Origin: an uncultured Planctomycetales bacterium
Lineage (GTDB): Bacteria > 4484-113
Direction: 5' to 3'
Length of the DNA: 64,000 nt
Assembly: GCA_964554185.1 (NCBI GenBank)
Contig: CAZKNJ010000003.1
Coordinates: 2,968 to 66,967 of the forward strand
Shown one piece after another: positions 16,767 through 25,393 of this stretch. The first letter of the stretch is position 1; the number at the start of each line of letters is the position of its first letter. The notes below the pieces were generated by a model. That model saw only the letters and a list, made by a program, of their open reading frames with translations. It was not told where the DNA came from and ran no database searches. A program made the position numbers and the translations under genes.

Positions 16767-17609
16767 ATGAAACGCATACTACTTGTAGCCGTGCTGGTCC
16801 TGCTGGCCACCGCTTTCTCCGGCTACGCGCGCGCCGAGGATAAGACGGTGGTGAAAAGCATGGCTTTCACTATCAAGCTTGCCGGAGATGAAGCCGCGGC
16901 GAGCGATATGGCTAACGCCATGCTCTTCATCCACGCGCTCAAAGCGGTGGGCGGCGAGATCCACTTTGAAGGCGACAACGTGGTCATCAAGCTCGACCTT
17001 ACGCCGGAGAAGGTGGAGGCTCTGCGCCTGGCGCTGGAGCAGGGCGGCTTGCCCGTGGGGCTGATGCCCGGAGTGGTCCTGAAGAAGGGGGACATGCCCG
17101 AAGGTATGGAAGACTTCATCTGTCCTCCTCGCAAGTCTGGCAGCCACGAGCGTTTCCTGCTGGGTAATAAAGACGAAAAGGGTAAAGGCTACTCCGAAAG
17201 CTACACCTCACGCGGGCTACCCGAGATGCCCGAGATCAAGTGCCCCCATTGCGGCAAGACCTTCCGCCCGGACATGCCGAAGATGATGATGCCGCATCCG
17301 CCGATGCCCCCGATGCCGCCGTCTGGCGGCGAGTTCAAACCGGAGATGCCCCACGGGCCGATGCCTTACGGCGGAATGATACCCGGCATGGGCCCGATGC
17401 ACGAGGATGCAATGAAGCAGCTTCAAAGTCTGCGCGAGCAAATGGAGCAGATGCGCGCGGAGCAGGGCGAGCTCTGGCGGGCGCTGGAGGAGTTGCATAT
17501 GCAACTGGGCCAGGTGCACAAGATGGACCGCGCGAAGTGCGAGGACCTGGACGCCCTCTGGCGCGCCCTAGATAAGCTCTATGCCGAGCTGGACGAGGAG
17601 GACGACTAG
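16767..17609 (+). CDS. secreted Met/Pro-rich protein with CxxC and C-terminal coiled coil (possible Cu/metal-binding periplasmic protein)
   Basis: Signal peptide. KCPHCGK. A Met-rich tract MPKMMMPHPPMPPMPP...MPHGPMPYGGMIPGMGPM. An acidic coiled-coil tail. GAGGAGGGG RBS. Confidence 0.6.
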   Translation: MKRILLVAVLVLLATAFSGYARAEDKTVVKSMAFTIKLAGDEAAASDMANAMLFIHALKAVGGEIHFEGDNVVIKLDLTPEKVEALRLALEQGGLPVGLMPGVVLKKGDMPEGMEDFICPPRKSGSHERFLLGNKDEKGKGYSESYTSRGLPEMPEIKCPHCGKTFRPDMPKMMMPHPPMPPMPPSGGEFKPEMPHGPMPYGGMIPGMGPMHEDAMKQLQSLREQMEQMRAEQGELWRALEELHMQLGQVHKMDRAKCEDLDALWRALDKLYAELDEEDD

Positions 17610-17660
17610 CCCGCTGCGGTAGAATAGTAAGGAGAAGTCTCTCAGGACAGGAGGCGCCAT

Positions 17661-19367
17661 GTGAAAACCGGGTGGCTGATGGTGGTGCTGGTGGCGCTTG
17701 TGTGCGCTGCCGGAGGGTGTGTCAACGCCAAGGCCCAGAACGATCAGGCTGAAGCGGATATGGATCGTGAGCAGCTACTGGACGAGTACACCCAGTTCCT
17801 GAAGGAAGTGAAGTGGGACACCCCGATTGACTTCACTCAGGACTTCTTCCGGCCCGACGAAGGCTTTCGCCCTCCAGATGTGCCTCAGGGGCTGGGAGAC
17901 TATCGGACACTGCCTCTGCTGCTGGACCTATTCGGCATCAATGAGCTGCCCATACCGAGCGGCGCGACCTTCGCTGGGATCAAGTTGACCGGCGAAGTGG
18001 AGCCACTGGACGAACTATCGCTGGCGGAGCAGAACACGCTGATGCTTCGCTTCCGCACGTCGGGTAACCTGGGGAACATCTATAACGCCATGACGCAGCT
18101 GCGTCTAGCTCCCATGATGGCGTTGAGCGGGCAGAGTGAGCTGAGCTCCATCCGGGATATTGTGGAGTGCGAGCGGGGCAAGCAGCCGCTAGTAACGGTA
18201 ACTGATTACGTCGGTTGGGTCCGGTCGCAGCGGAGGCAGCTCCCCACCAGCGATTACCAGGAATGGTTCCGCCAGAACGTGCTCCCCTACTATGCGAACT
18301 GGGTGACGGGCGGCCTGTTTGAGCCCTGGCATGAGGAATTCTCGCCGGGTAACGGCATCATCCGCGAAATAACCGATGAAGCCGATCGGGCTCAGCTCCA
18401 CGAGCTGGCGGTGAAGCAGGCAAGTGAAAAGGGCGACGAATACGATACGGGCTTTCTAGAAGAGAACCCGGATGACGTAGCGTATTTCGTCTATCGCCTG
18501 TACGGGGAAGATAAGGTCATCAAAGAGTGTGTAGCGTGGTGCTTGCGGAGCCGCGCTTCGTGGGGCGAACCTCTTCGCCGGGAGCACGATGAAGTGATAG
18601 CTATTCTGGCGCGGAGACTCGAGGAGAATGTCCTCACAGACGAAGGTCTTGAGCAATATGCAAAGATCACAGACAGATGGGAGTGGGCTAAACACAATCC
18701 TTATGCTGAATGGTGCGAGAACTGCGCTGAAGGGATTGACGAGCGTTATGAAGAGATGATGGACGAGCTGCAAGTGGCTCAACACGGCGAGTTTCCCGAG
18801 ATAGGGGAAGACTGGAGTCTCTCAGACTTACCGCTCAATGATAGCCTGGTCTACTGGGAGAACCTGACTGACGGAGAAGAGCGGACGCTGGCCTTTCGTG
18901 AGAACATCAGTTCGTCGTTCACTGATTACTTGCAGGACCTGGCTGGTTCCGACTATGAGGCAGTTACTTCATGGGAGCAACTTGCCGAGGTCGTACTGCA
19001 AGATCTGATCAGATTCCGTGACGAAACCTGGATTCAGACGGTTTCCTCAAAACGCAGTCAACGGAGTATTGACTGCTGGCTCAGCCCCATCACCCGCCGC
19101 ACCTTCGAACCCTGGCACCGGGAATGGAGCCGAGGAAATGGATACATTATCCAGATAGCCGAGGAGGATATGCTGGCCCGGCTCATTAAGCTATACGAAA
19201 AGGCGATTGAGGAAGAAGTCGTTCCTACAAGGCTTCACCCCTTTTATTACGAGCGCTACCCACATCGTCTGCGCTTCTATTACGTGCGCCTCTATGGTGA
19301 GGAGGAAGGTTCCATCATCTCCGAGGGCATCTGGTCGGCCTGGCCGCTGAATCCCATGCTGGACTAG
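17661..19367 (+). CDS. secreted protein, EPWH-GNGY module family, paralog B (two tandem modules)
   Basis: GTG start at 17661, 6 nt after AGGAGG. Signal peptide MKTGWLMVVLVALVCAAGGCVNA. Module 1 is LFEPWHEEFSPGNGIIREI...YFVYRLYGEDKVIKE. Module 2 is FEPWHREWSRGNGYIIQI...RFYYVRLYGEEEGSIISEGI. The 3' half has lower GC. Confidence 0.6.
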   Translation: MKTGWLMVVLVALVCAAGGCVNAKAQNDQAEADMDREQLLDEYTQFLKEVKWDTPIDFTQDFFRPDEGFRPPDVPQGLGDYRTLPLLLDLFGINELPIPSGATFAGIKLTGEVEPLDELSLAEQNTLMLRFRTSGNLGNIYNAMTQLRLAPMMALSGQSELSSIRDIVECERGKQPLVTVTDYVGWVRSQRRQLPTSDYQEWFRQNVLPYYANWVTGGLFEPWHEEFSPGNGIIREITDEADRAQLHELAVKQASEKGDEYDTGFLEENPDDVAYFVYRLYGEDKVIKECVAWCLRSRASWGEPLRREHDEVIAILARRLEENVLTDEGLEQYAKITDRWEWAKHNPYAEWCENCAEGIDERYEEMMDELQVAQHGEFPEIGEDWSLSDLPLNDSLVYWENLTDGEERTLAFRENISSSFTDYLQDLAGSDYEAVTSWEQLAEVVLQDLIRFRDETWIQTVSSKRSQRSIDCWLSPITRRTFEPWHREWSRGNGYIIQIAEEDMLARLIKLYEKAIEEEVVPTRLHPFYYERYPHRLRFYYVRLYGEEEGSIISEGIWSAWPLNPMLD

Positions 19368-19437
19368 CAGCCGCTCCCATAGCTGCATCCCCCGGGAGAA
19401 TCGGGTAGACTAATTGCGCCCCGGCGGGCGCAGGCTG

Positions 19438-21321
19438 ATGGCTCCCGACACCCGATACAACGCCGGCGTTTCCCTTTCCGAGGTCTACGAGACCGTGCGG
19501 ATTCCCGCATTCGGCCATTGGTGGAAGCGGCTGCTGGCATTCATGGGCCCCGCGTACCTGGTCTCCGTCGGCTACATGGACCCGGGCAACTGGGCCACCG
19601 ACCTGGAGGGTGGGGCGCGTTTCGGCTACCAGCTCATCTGGGTCGTCCTGATGAGCAACCTCATGGCGGTGCTCCTCCAGGTGCTCTCCGCCCGGCTGGG
19701 CATCGTCCGCCGCCGCGACCTGGCGCAGGCTTGCCGTGAAGCCTACCCGCCCATCGTGTCCTACCCCCTATGGATACTCTGCGAGCTTGCCATCGCCGCC
19801 ACCGACCTGGCGGAAGTGCTGGGAACGGCCATCGGCCTGAACCTCCTGTTCCATATCCCGCTGCTCATCGGCGTGATTATCACCGCGTTTGACACCGTCC
19901 TGGTGCTTTACCTCCAACGCCTGGGGATGCGGCGGCTGGAGGCTTTCATCGTGAGCCTGGTAGCCATCGTGGGCGGCTGCTTCCTGGTGGAGATCTTCCT
20001 CGCCAAGCCCGACTTCGGGCAGGTCGCCGGCGGCTTCATCCCGAAGATAAACGCCAGCAGCCTCTACATCGCCCTGGGCATAATCGGCGCCACGGTTATG
20101 CCGCACAACCTGTATCTCCATTCCGCGCTGGTGCAGAGCCGGGCGGTTGACCGCAGCGAGCAGGGCGTGCGCACGGCCAACCGGTTTAACCTGATTGACA
20201 CTGTTATCGCCCTCCAGTTCGCCTTCCTGATTAACGCCGCCATCCTGGTGCTGGCCGCAGCGGTGTTCTTTCAGAAGGGAATAGTGGTTACCGAGATACA
20301 GCAGGCGCACGAACTGCTGGCGCCGCTGCTGGGCACCGGTCTGGCGTCCATAGCATTCGCCGTGGCCCTGCTGGCGGCGGGTCAGTCCTCCACGCTGACA
20401 GGCACCCTCGCCGGGCAGATAGTGATGGAGGGCTTCATCCGGGTGAAGATGCAGCCTTGGGCGCGTCGGCTCATCTCGCGGCTGCTCGCGGTTATCCCGG
20501 CGGTAATCGTGGTCGCTCATGCCGGCAGCGAAGGGACTTACAAGCTGCTAATCCTCAGCCAGGTGATTCTGTCGCTGCAACTGCCGTTCGCCATCGTTCC
20601 GCTCATCAACTTCACCAACGACCGCGAGCGCATGGGCAAGTTCGCCAATCCAGTCTGGGTGCGCCTGCTGGCGTGGCTAACCGCCATCGTGGTCATCGGC
20701 CTGAACGCCTGGCTGGCGGGTCAGATGTTCCAGGAGTGGCGCCAGGCTTCCGTGTGGGCGGACATTATCGGGATTCCGTTGGGGATAGCGCTGGTGCTAC
20801 TATTAGCCTACATGGTATTCCGCCCCTGGCTCAAGCACCTGTTCACGGCCAAGCCGCACAAGCCGGTCGCGCCCGCGCTGCCCGAGTTCCCCACCGGGCA
20901 CCTGTATCACAAGGTCGGCGTGGCGCTGGAGGTCAAGGACACCGATGTGAAGATCCTTAAGCACGCGCTGCCCTACGCCGAGCAGTGCGACGCGAAAATG
21001 GTGCTGATTCATATCGTGGAAAGCGCCACCGCGCAGGTCTATCCCGGAACCGCAGAGGACCAGGAGCGGATTGAGGATGAGGAGTACCTGAACGGGCTGG
21101 CGGCAAAGCTGCGCGAGCGCGGTGTCACCGCTTCGGTGCGTATGGGCTACGGCAACGCCGCTAAAGGCGTAGTGCGGATAGCGCGCGAAGAGAAGCTGGA
21201 CCTGCTCGTCCTCGGCAGCCACGGCCACAAGGCCATCGCCGACTGGGTGTTCGGCTCCACCGTCGCCGTGGTGCAACACGACATCGGCGACATCCCCATC
21301 CTGGTTGTCAAGGGCACCTGA
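19438..21321 (+). CDS. Nramp/MntH-family divalent metal transporter fused to a C-terminal universal stress protein (UspA) domain
   Basis: Nramp signature GPAYLVSVGYMDPGNWATDLEGGA and about 11 TM segments. C-terminal roughly 140 aa: VALEVKDTDVKILKHALPYAEQCDAKMVLIHIVES...VLGSHGH...ILVV is Usp-like. The ATG at 19438 was chosen by alignment to the MntH N-terminus. Confidence 0.75.
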   Translation: MAPDTRYNAGVSLSEVYETVRIPAFGHWWKRLLAFMGPAYLVSVGYMDPGNWATDLEGGARFGYQLIWVVLMSNLMAVLLQVLSARLGIVRRRDLAQACREAYPPIVSYPLWILCELAIAATDLAEVLGTAIGLNLLFHIPLLIGVIITAFDTVLVLYLQRLGMRRLEAFIVSLVAIVGGCFLVEIFLAKPDFGQVAGGFIPKINASSLYIALGIIGATVMPHNLYLHSALVQSRAVDRSEQGVRTANRFNLIDTVIALQFAFLINAAILVLAAAVFFQKGIVVTEIQQAHELLAPLLGTGLASIAFAVALLAAGQSSTLTGTLAGQIVMEGFIRVKMQPWARRLISRLLAVIPAVIVVAHAGSEGTYKLLILSQVILSLQLPFAIVPLINFTNDRERMGKFANPVWVRLLAWLTAIVVIGLNAWLAGQMFQEWRQASVWADIIGIPLGIALVLLLAYMVFRPWLKHLFTAKPHKPVAPALPEFPTGHLYHKVGVALEVKDTDVKILKHALPYAEQCDAKMVLIHIVESATAQVYPGTAEDQERIEDEEYLNGLAAKLRERGVTASVRMGYGNAAKGVVRIAREEKLDLLVLGSHGHKAIADWVFGSTVAVVQHDIGDIPILVVKGT

Positions 21322-21335
21322 GCCCGGGCGCGGCT

Positions 21336-24300
21336 TTACCACTCCTCCTTGGGGACGCCTGCGCCACTGCGGTCGGGATACTTCGGCTTGGGTGTATCAT
21401 GCCAGGCGTGCGTCTTCAACTCCTCCAGCACCTCCTGGATGGCGCGTTCCAGCTGTGGGTCAATCCCCTTGGCCAGCAGCGTGGGGTCGTCAATGACCTC
21501 AATGTCGGGATCCACCCCGTGCCCTTCAATCGCCCAGGTGCCGTCGAGTTCGTAGATGCCGAAGCTCGGCACCGACACATAGCCGCCGTCAATGAGGCCG
21601 GGGTTGCCGGTCAGGCCCACCAATCCGCCCCAGGTGCGGGTGCCGATGAGCTTGCCCAGCCCGGCCTTGCGGAAGTAATAGGGGAAAGCGTCGCCGCCGG
21701 AGCCGGCAGACTCGTTGATCATCATTACCTGCGGGCCCGGATGCGTGCGGTAGGGCGTGCGCCAGCTCATGCCGTCGTGTAGCGCCCAGTAGTTGAGCAC
21801 CGGCCGGTTGAGCAACTCAATGAAACGGTCGGGCAGCATCCCGCCGCCGTTCCAGCGTTCATCAATGATGAGCCCGTCCAGGTTGTGTTGCCCGAGGAAC
21901 TGCCGCTGCAGGTCGATAAGGCCGCTCCAGGACGTGTTGCGTACGTAGATGTAGCCGATGCGCCCGTCACTGCGGTCAAAGACATGCTGGCGGTTGGTTT
22001 CTATCCAGGCGCGTAGCCGCAACTCGTAGTCGCTGCCCGCCGGCTGCAACAGCACCTGCCGGGAGTCATCGTCCGCGACCGCTTTCGTGCTCACGGTCAG
22101 CTCGGTGGTTTTCTCCGCCGTCCCCGCTAGCGCGGCGTATGGCGACTTGTCCTCCGCCAGCGGTATGCCGTTCACCGCTAGCAGGAAATCGCCCTCGTGC
22201 ACGTCCACTCCCGGGTGGCACAGCGGTCCGCGCACATCCAGCTCCCAGTCCGCGCCGTCGTAGATCTTCTTGATGCGGTAGCCCCAGTTGCCGTCCGCGT
22301 CCTGTGCGCGTTCAAAGTCGCAGCCCAGCAGGCCCACAGACATGGAGCGTGTCTCTTCCGTGGGCCAGCTCCAGACGTAGGCGTGGCCCACGTTCAGTTC
22401 GCCCACCATTTCGCCCAGCACGTAGGACACGTCGTCCCGGTTGGCGGCGTGCTTCACCAGCTCCAGCGCCTGGTCGCGCGCGGCTCCCCAATCCACGCCG
22501 TGCATATTGGGGTCGTAGAAGAAGTCGCGGTAGAGGCGCCAGGTCTCGTAGATGATCTGCCGCCACTCTTTGCGCGGATCAATCCGCATCGTGAGCCCGT
22601 CGGTGTTCACCTGCTTGTCCAGCGAAGCCCCGGGGCCGGCCTGGGTAATGAAGTAGCCGCCGCGGGCCGAGACCAGCATCTTCTTGGCGTCCGGTGTCAG
22701 CGCGAAGCCGGAGGCGCCCAATATCAACGTTTGCTCTTTCTGATCCGCCAGGTCATACATGGAAAGGCCGCCTTCGCCACCGCCGCGGCGGCGGCCATAT
22801 CCGCTCAGGTAGAACACGCGCTTTTCGCCCGCCTGCAGGCCGTAGTAGGAACCGGCGGAAACCGGCAGCAGTTCCGCCCGCTCTTCCAAGCCCTCCAGGT
22901 CTATCTTCAACGGCTCCACCTCTTTATCCTTGCCATCGCCCTTCTTAGCAGTCTCGGCACCTTCATCCTCGGCTGCCTTCTCGGCGTTTTCGCCGGAATC
23001 GTCCGCGTCCACGGCCGCTTCCTCCGGCTCCGCCTTAGTATCTTCCTCCTCCTTGATTTCCTCCTCATCGTTCTTCGGAGCGAAGGGAGAGGCGATGTCG
23101 TTACGCAGCGGCACCACCGCCAGTTGCGTCGCGTCGGTGAAGACGAAGGTGCCCTGGTCAAAGCTGCTGAAGGTTGGGCTGAAGCTCCGGTCGGTGGCGA
23201 AGTACAGGTACTCGCCGCTCAAGTCAAACGCCGGGTCGCGGCTGGAGAACATGTCCGAGGTCACTTGGTGGGAGCGGCGGTTGGCCAGGTCGTAGAGCTT
23301 GATGACGCTGTTGCTGTTGCGTTCGCTGGCGACGGTGTAAGCCAGCCAGTTGCTGTCCTGCGCCCAGGCGGCGGTGAGCCCCTGGCCGTCCCACGGGTCG
23401 CGGTCAATGAAGATGGTTTCGCCGCCATCAATATCGTGAACGTAGTACGCGCCGGTCTTATCGGAGAAGGCGATCTTCTTGGAATCGGGCGACCACACCG
23501 GGTAGTAGCGGAAGGCGTTCCCGTTGCGGGTCAGCTGTTCTTCCGCGCCGCTGCCGTCTGATTTCTGACGGCAAAGCTCGTATTCGCCGGTCTTGTCGCT
23601 GAAGTAGGCGATCCACTGGCCGTCGGGCGACCACGCCGGATAGCGCTCGGCTATGCCGTCGGTGCGGTTCAGGTCGCGCGGGAAGCCGTTCTCCGCCGGC
23701 AGCGTCCAGATGTCGCAATGTGCGTTTGCCACCAGACGCTTGGCCTGTGGCGAGATACCCACCTGGGACACGCTGCCGGACACGTCCACCGTCTGCAGAC
23801 GCACGTGCGGATGGTCGCCGGGCACGTTCACCTGCACCTGCTCGGTTTTATGGTCGGACAGGTGCAGCAGCAGCAGCCGGTCGCCGTACTGAAACACGAG
23901 GTCGTCAGGCCCGATGGACGGCCACTTCACGTCGTAGCGGGTGAACCTGGTCACTTGCTCGCGCTGGGCGCTCTTGGTGTCGTAGACCCAGATGTTGAGG
24001 CGGTGTTCGGGGCCGGCGTCGGACAGGAAATAGATCTTGTCGCCGTGGAACATCGGCAGGTCGTCGGTGCCGGGGAACAGGGTGATGCGGTGCGACTCGT
24101 AGGTCTTGAGGTTGAACAGCCAGAGGTCGGTCGCCCGCCCGCCCTGGTAGCGCTTCCAGGTGCGGAACTCGCGGGTCCACGGCGTGTAGGCCAGCCAGAC
24201 GCCGTCGTCGCTGATGGACGCATTGGCGCCGTAGGCCACCGGCAGCGCTTCCGGCAGCGCGCCCGTGGGCGAGGCGAAGTACAGCCGCAATCCCGCGGGG

Positions 24301-24707
24301 CAGGTCGGCTCCCGCGCGGAGCTGAAGATGACGCGCCCGTCGGGGCTGTAATCCACCACCAGGTCGGTGGCAGGATGGTAGGTCAGGCGCTGCGGAATGC
24401 CGCCCGCCACCGGCATGGTGTAGACGTCCTCGTTGCCGTCGTAGTTGGCGGTGAAAGCGATGGCCTTGCCGTCGGGGCTGAACTTGGGCAGCATCTCCTG
24501 CCCCGGGGGCGAACTCAGGGGGACGGCGGTGCCGCCCGCCTTGGGCACTATCCACACGTCGTTGTCGTAGACGAAGACGACTTTGTCGGCGCTGACGTCG
24601 GGATAGCGCAGCATTACCGCGCTGACCTCCTCCGCGGCGCGCGCGCTGAAGTAAAAGGTGGCAACGGCAAGAATGAGTACGAGCAAAGCGAGAATCAATC
24701 TCCGCAT
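21336..24707 (-). CDS. secreted tricorn protease homologue (beta-propellers, PDZ and S41 peptidase)
   Basis: 1123 aa. Signal peptide. TolB-like WD repeats (SPDGKAIAF, SPDGRVIF, SPDGQWIAY). Acidic insert. C-terminal S41 tail-specific-protease-like region. GGAGG RBS. Confidence 0.75.
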   Translation of the reverse strand: MRRLILALLVLILAVATFYFSARAAEEVSAVMLRYPDVSADKVVFVYDNDVWIVPKAGGTAVPLSSPPGQEMLPKFSPDGKAIAFTANYDGNEDVYTMPVAGGIPQRLTYHPATDLVVDYSPDGRVIFSSAREPTCPAGLRLYFASPTGALPEALPVAYGANASISDDGVWLAYTPWTREFRTWKRYQGGRATDLWLFNLKTYESHRITLFPGTDDLPMFHGDKIYFLSDAGPEHRLNIWVYDTKSAQREQVTRFTRYDVKWPSIGPDDLVFQYGDRLLLLHLSDHKTEQVQVNVPGDHPHVRLQTVDVSGSVSQVGISPQAKRLVANAHCDIWTLPAENGFPRDLNRTDGIAERYPAWSPDGQWIAYFSDKTGEYELCRQKSDGSGAEEQLTRNGNAFRYYPVWSPDSKKIAFSDKTGAYYVHDIDGGETIFIDRDPWDGQGLTAAWAQDSNWLAYTVASERNSNSVIKLYDLANRRSHQVTSDMFSSRDPAFDLSGEYLYFATDRSFSPTFSSFDQGTFVFTDATQLAVVPLRNDIASPFAPKNDEEEIKEEEDTKAEPEEAAVDADDSGENAEKAAEDEGAETAKKGDGKDKEVEPLKIDLEGLEERAELLPVSAGSYYGLQAGEKRVFYLSGYGRRRGGGEGGLSMYDLADQKEQTLILGASGFALTPDAKKMLVSARGGYFITQAGPGASLDKQVNTDGLTMRIDPRKEWRQIIYETWRLYRDFFYDPNMHGVDWGAARDQALELVKHAANRDDVSYVLGEMVGELNVGHAYVWSWPTEETRSMSVGLLGCDFERAQDADGNWGYRIKKIYDGADWELDVRGPLCHPGVDVHEGDFLLAVNGIPLAEDKSPYAALAGTAEKTTELTVSTKAVADDDSRQVLLQPAGSDYELRLRAWIETNRQHVFDRSDGRIGYIYVRNTSWSGLIDLQRQFLGQHNLDGLIIDERWNGGGMLPDRFIELLNRPVLNYWALHDGMSWRTPYRTHPGPQVMMINESAGSGGDAFPYYFRKAGLGKLIGTRTWGGLVGLTGNPGLIDGGYVSVPSFGIYELDGTWAIEGHGVDPDIEVIDDPTLLAKGIDPQLERAIQEVLEELKTHAWHDTPKPKYPDRSGAGVPKEEW

Positions 24708-24847
24708 GAGTGGTTCCTCCTGGTTGGAAGATGCCGGGGCGGCTCTGAACTCACCGATTTTACCATGCGGCGAAGATGCGGGGATTGAAACCTCAGCCCG
24801 CCCGTGTAACCTCTCCGGCGCCCCGCGTGTCTTATTATTGGTAATAC

Positions 24848-25393
24848 ATGGCCCGCAGAACCGACGAATGGCCCCCGGAACTGGAAGCGCTGCTCCGCGA
24901 GCACTTCACCGCCGCCGCCGGCTTCTGCCGCTTTCTCGCCGGCAGCGAAGAAGCGGCGAAGGAGTTGCTGGCGGAGGCCGTGGCGTTGGCAGCTATGCGC
25001 TTCCGCCAGTTGCGCGACCGCGGCAAGTTCCGCCCCTGGCTCTACGCCATCATCCGCAACCGCTGGCGCAACACCTACAAGCGCAGGCGACGGGATGCCG
25101 TGATGGCGGAGCTGGAGCGCCTGTCCGCCTCGGCGAACCCGTCCAGGGAAGACTACGACCACAGGCTGGTGGATTACGCCCTGGCGCGGCTGCGTCCGGC
25201 GGAGCGCGAAGCCTTCGTGCTCTTCCACCTGGAAGACCTCTCGCTGAAGGAGGCTGGGGCAGTGCTGGGCGTCCGGCCCGGTGCCGTGAAGGTGCGCCTC
25301 CACCGCGCGCGCAGGCGGCTGGCGGCAGCGCTGGAAGGCGCCTTAGGGTACGCTGAAGAGAAGCTCGGGCCAAAGGAGAAAGAAGATGAGTGA
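24848..25393 (+). CDS. ECF-subfamily RNA polymerase sigma-70 factor
   Basis: 181 aa. Region 2 FRPWLYAIIRNRWRN and region 4 LSLKEAGAVLGVRPGAVKVRLHRARRRL. Confidence 0.85.
   Translation: MARRTDEWPPELEALLREHFTAAAGFCRFLAGSEEAAKELLAEAVALAAMRFRQLRDRGKFRPWLYAIIRNRWRNTYKRRRRDAVMAELERLSASANPSREDYDHRLVDYALARLRPAEREAFVLFHLEDLSLKEAGAVLGVRPGAVKVRLHRARRRLAAALEGALGYAEEKLGPKEKEDE

Noticed and set aside
24786-24847. TGAAAC motif upstream of the ECF sigma gene as a possible autoregulated ECF promoter
   Set aside because: No CGTA-type -10 at the expected 16-17-nt spacing, so it is not called.
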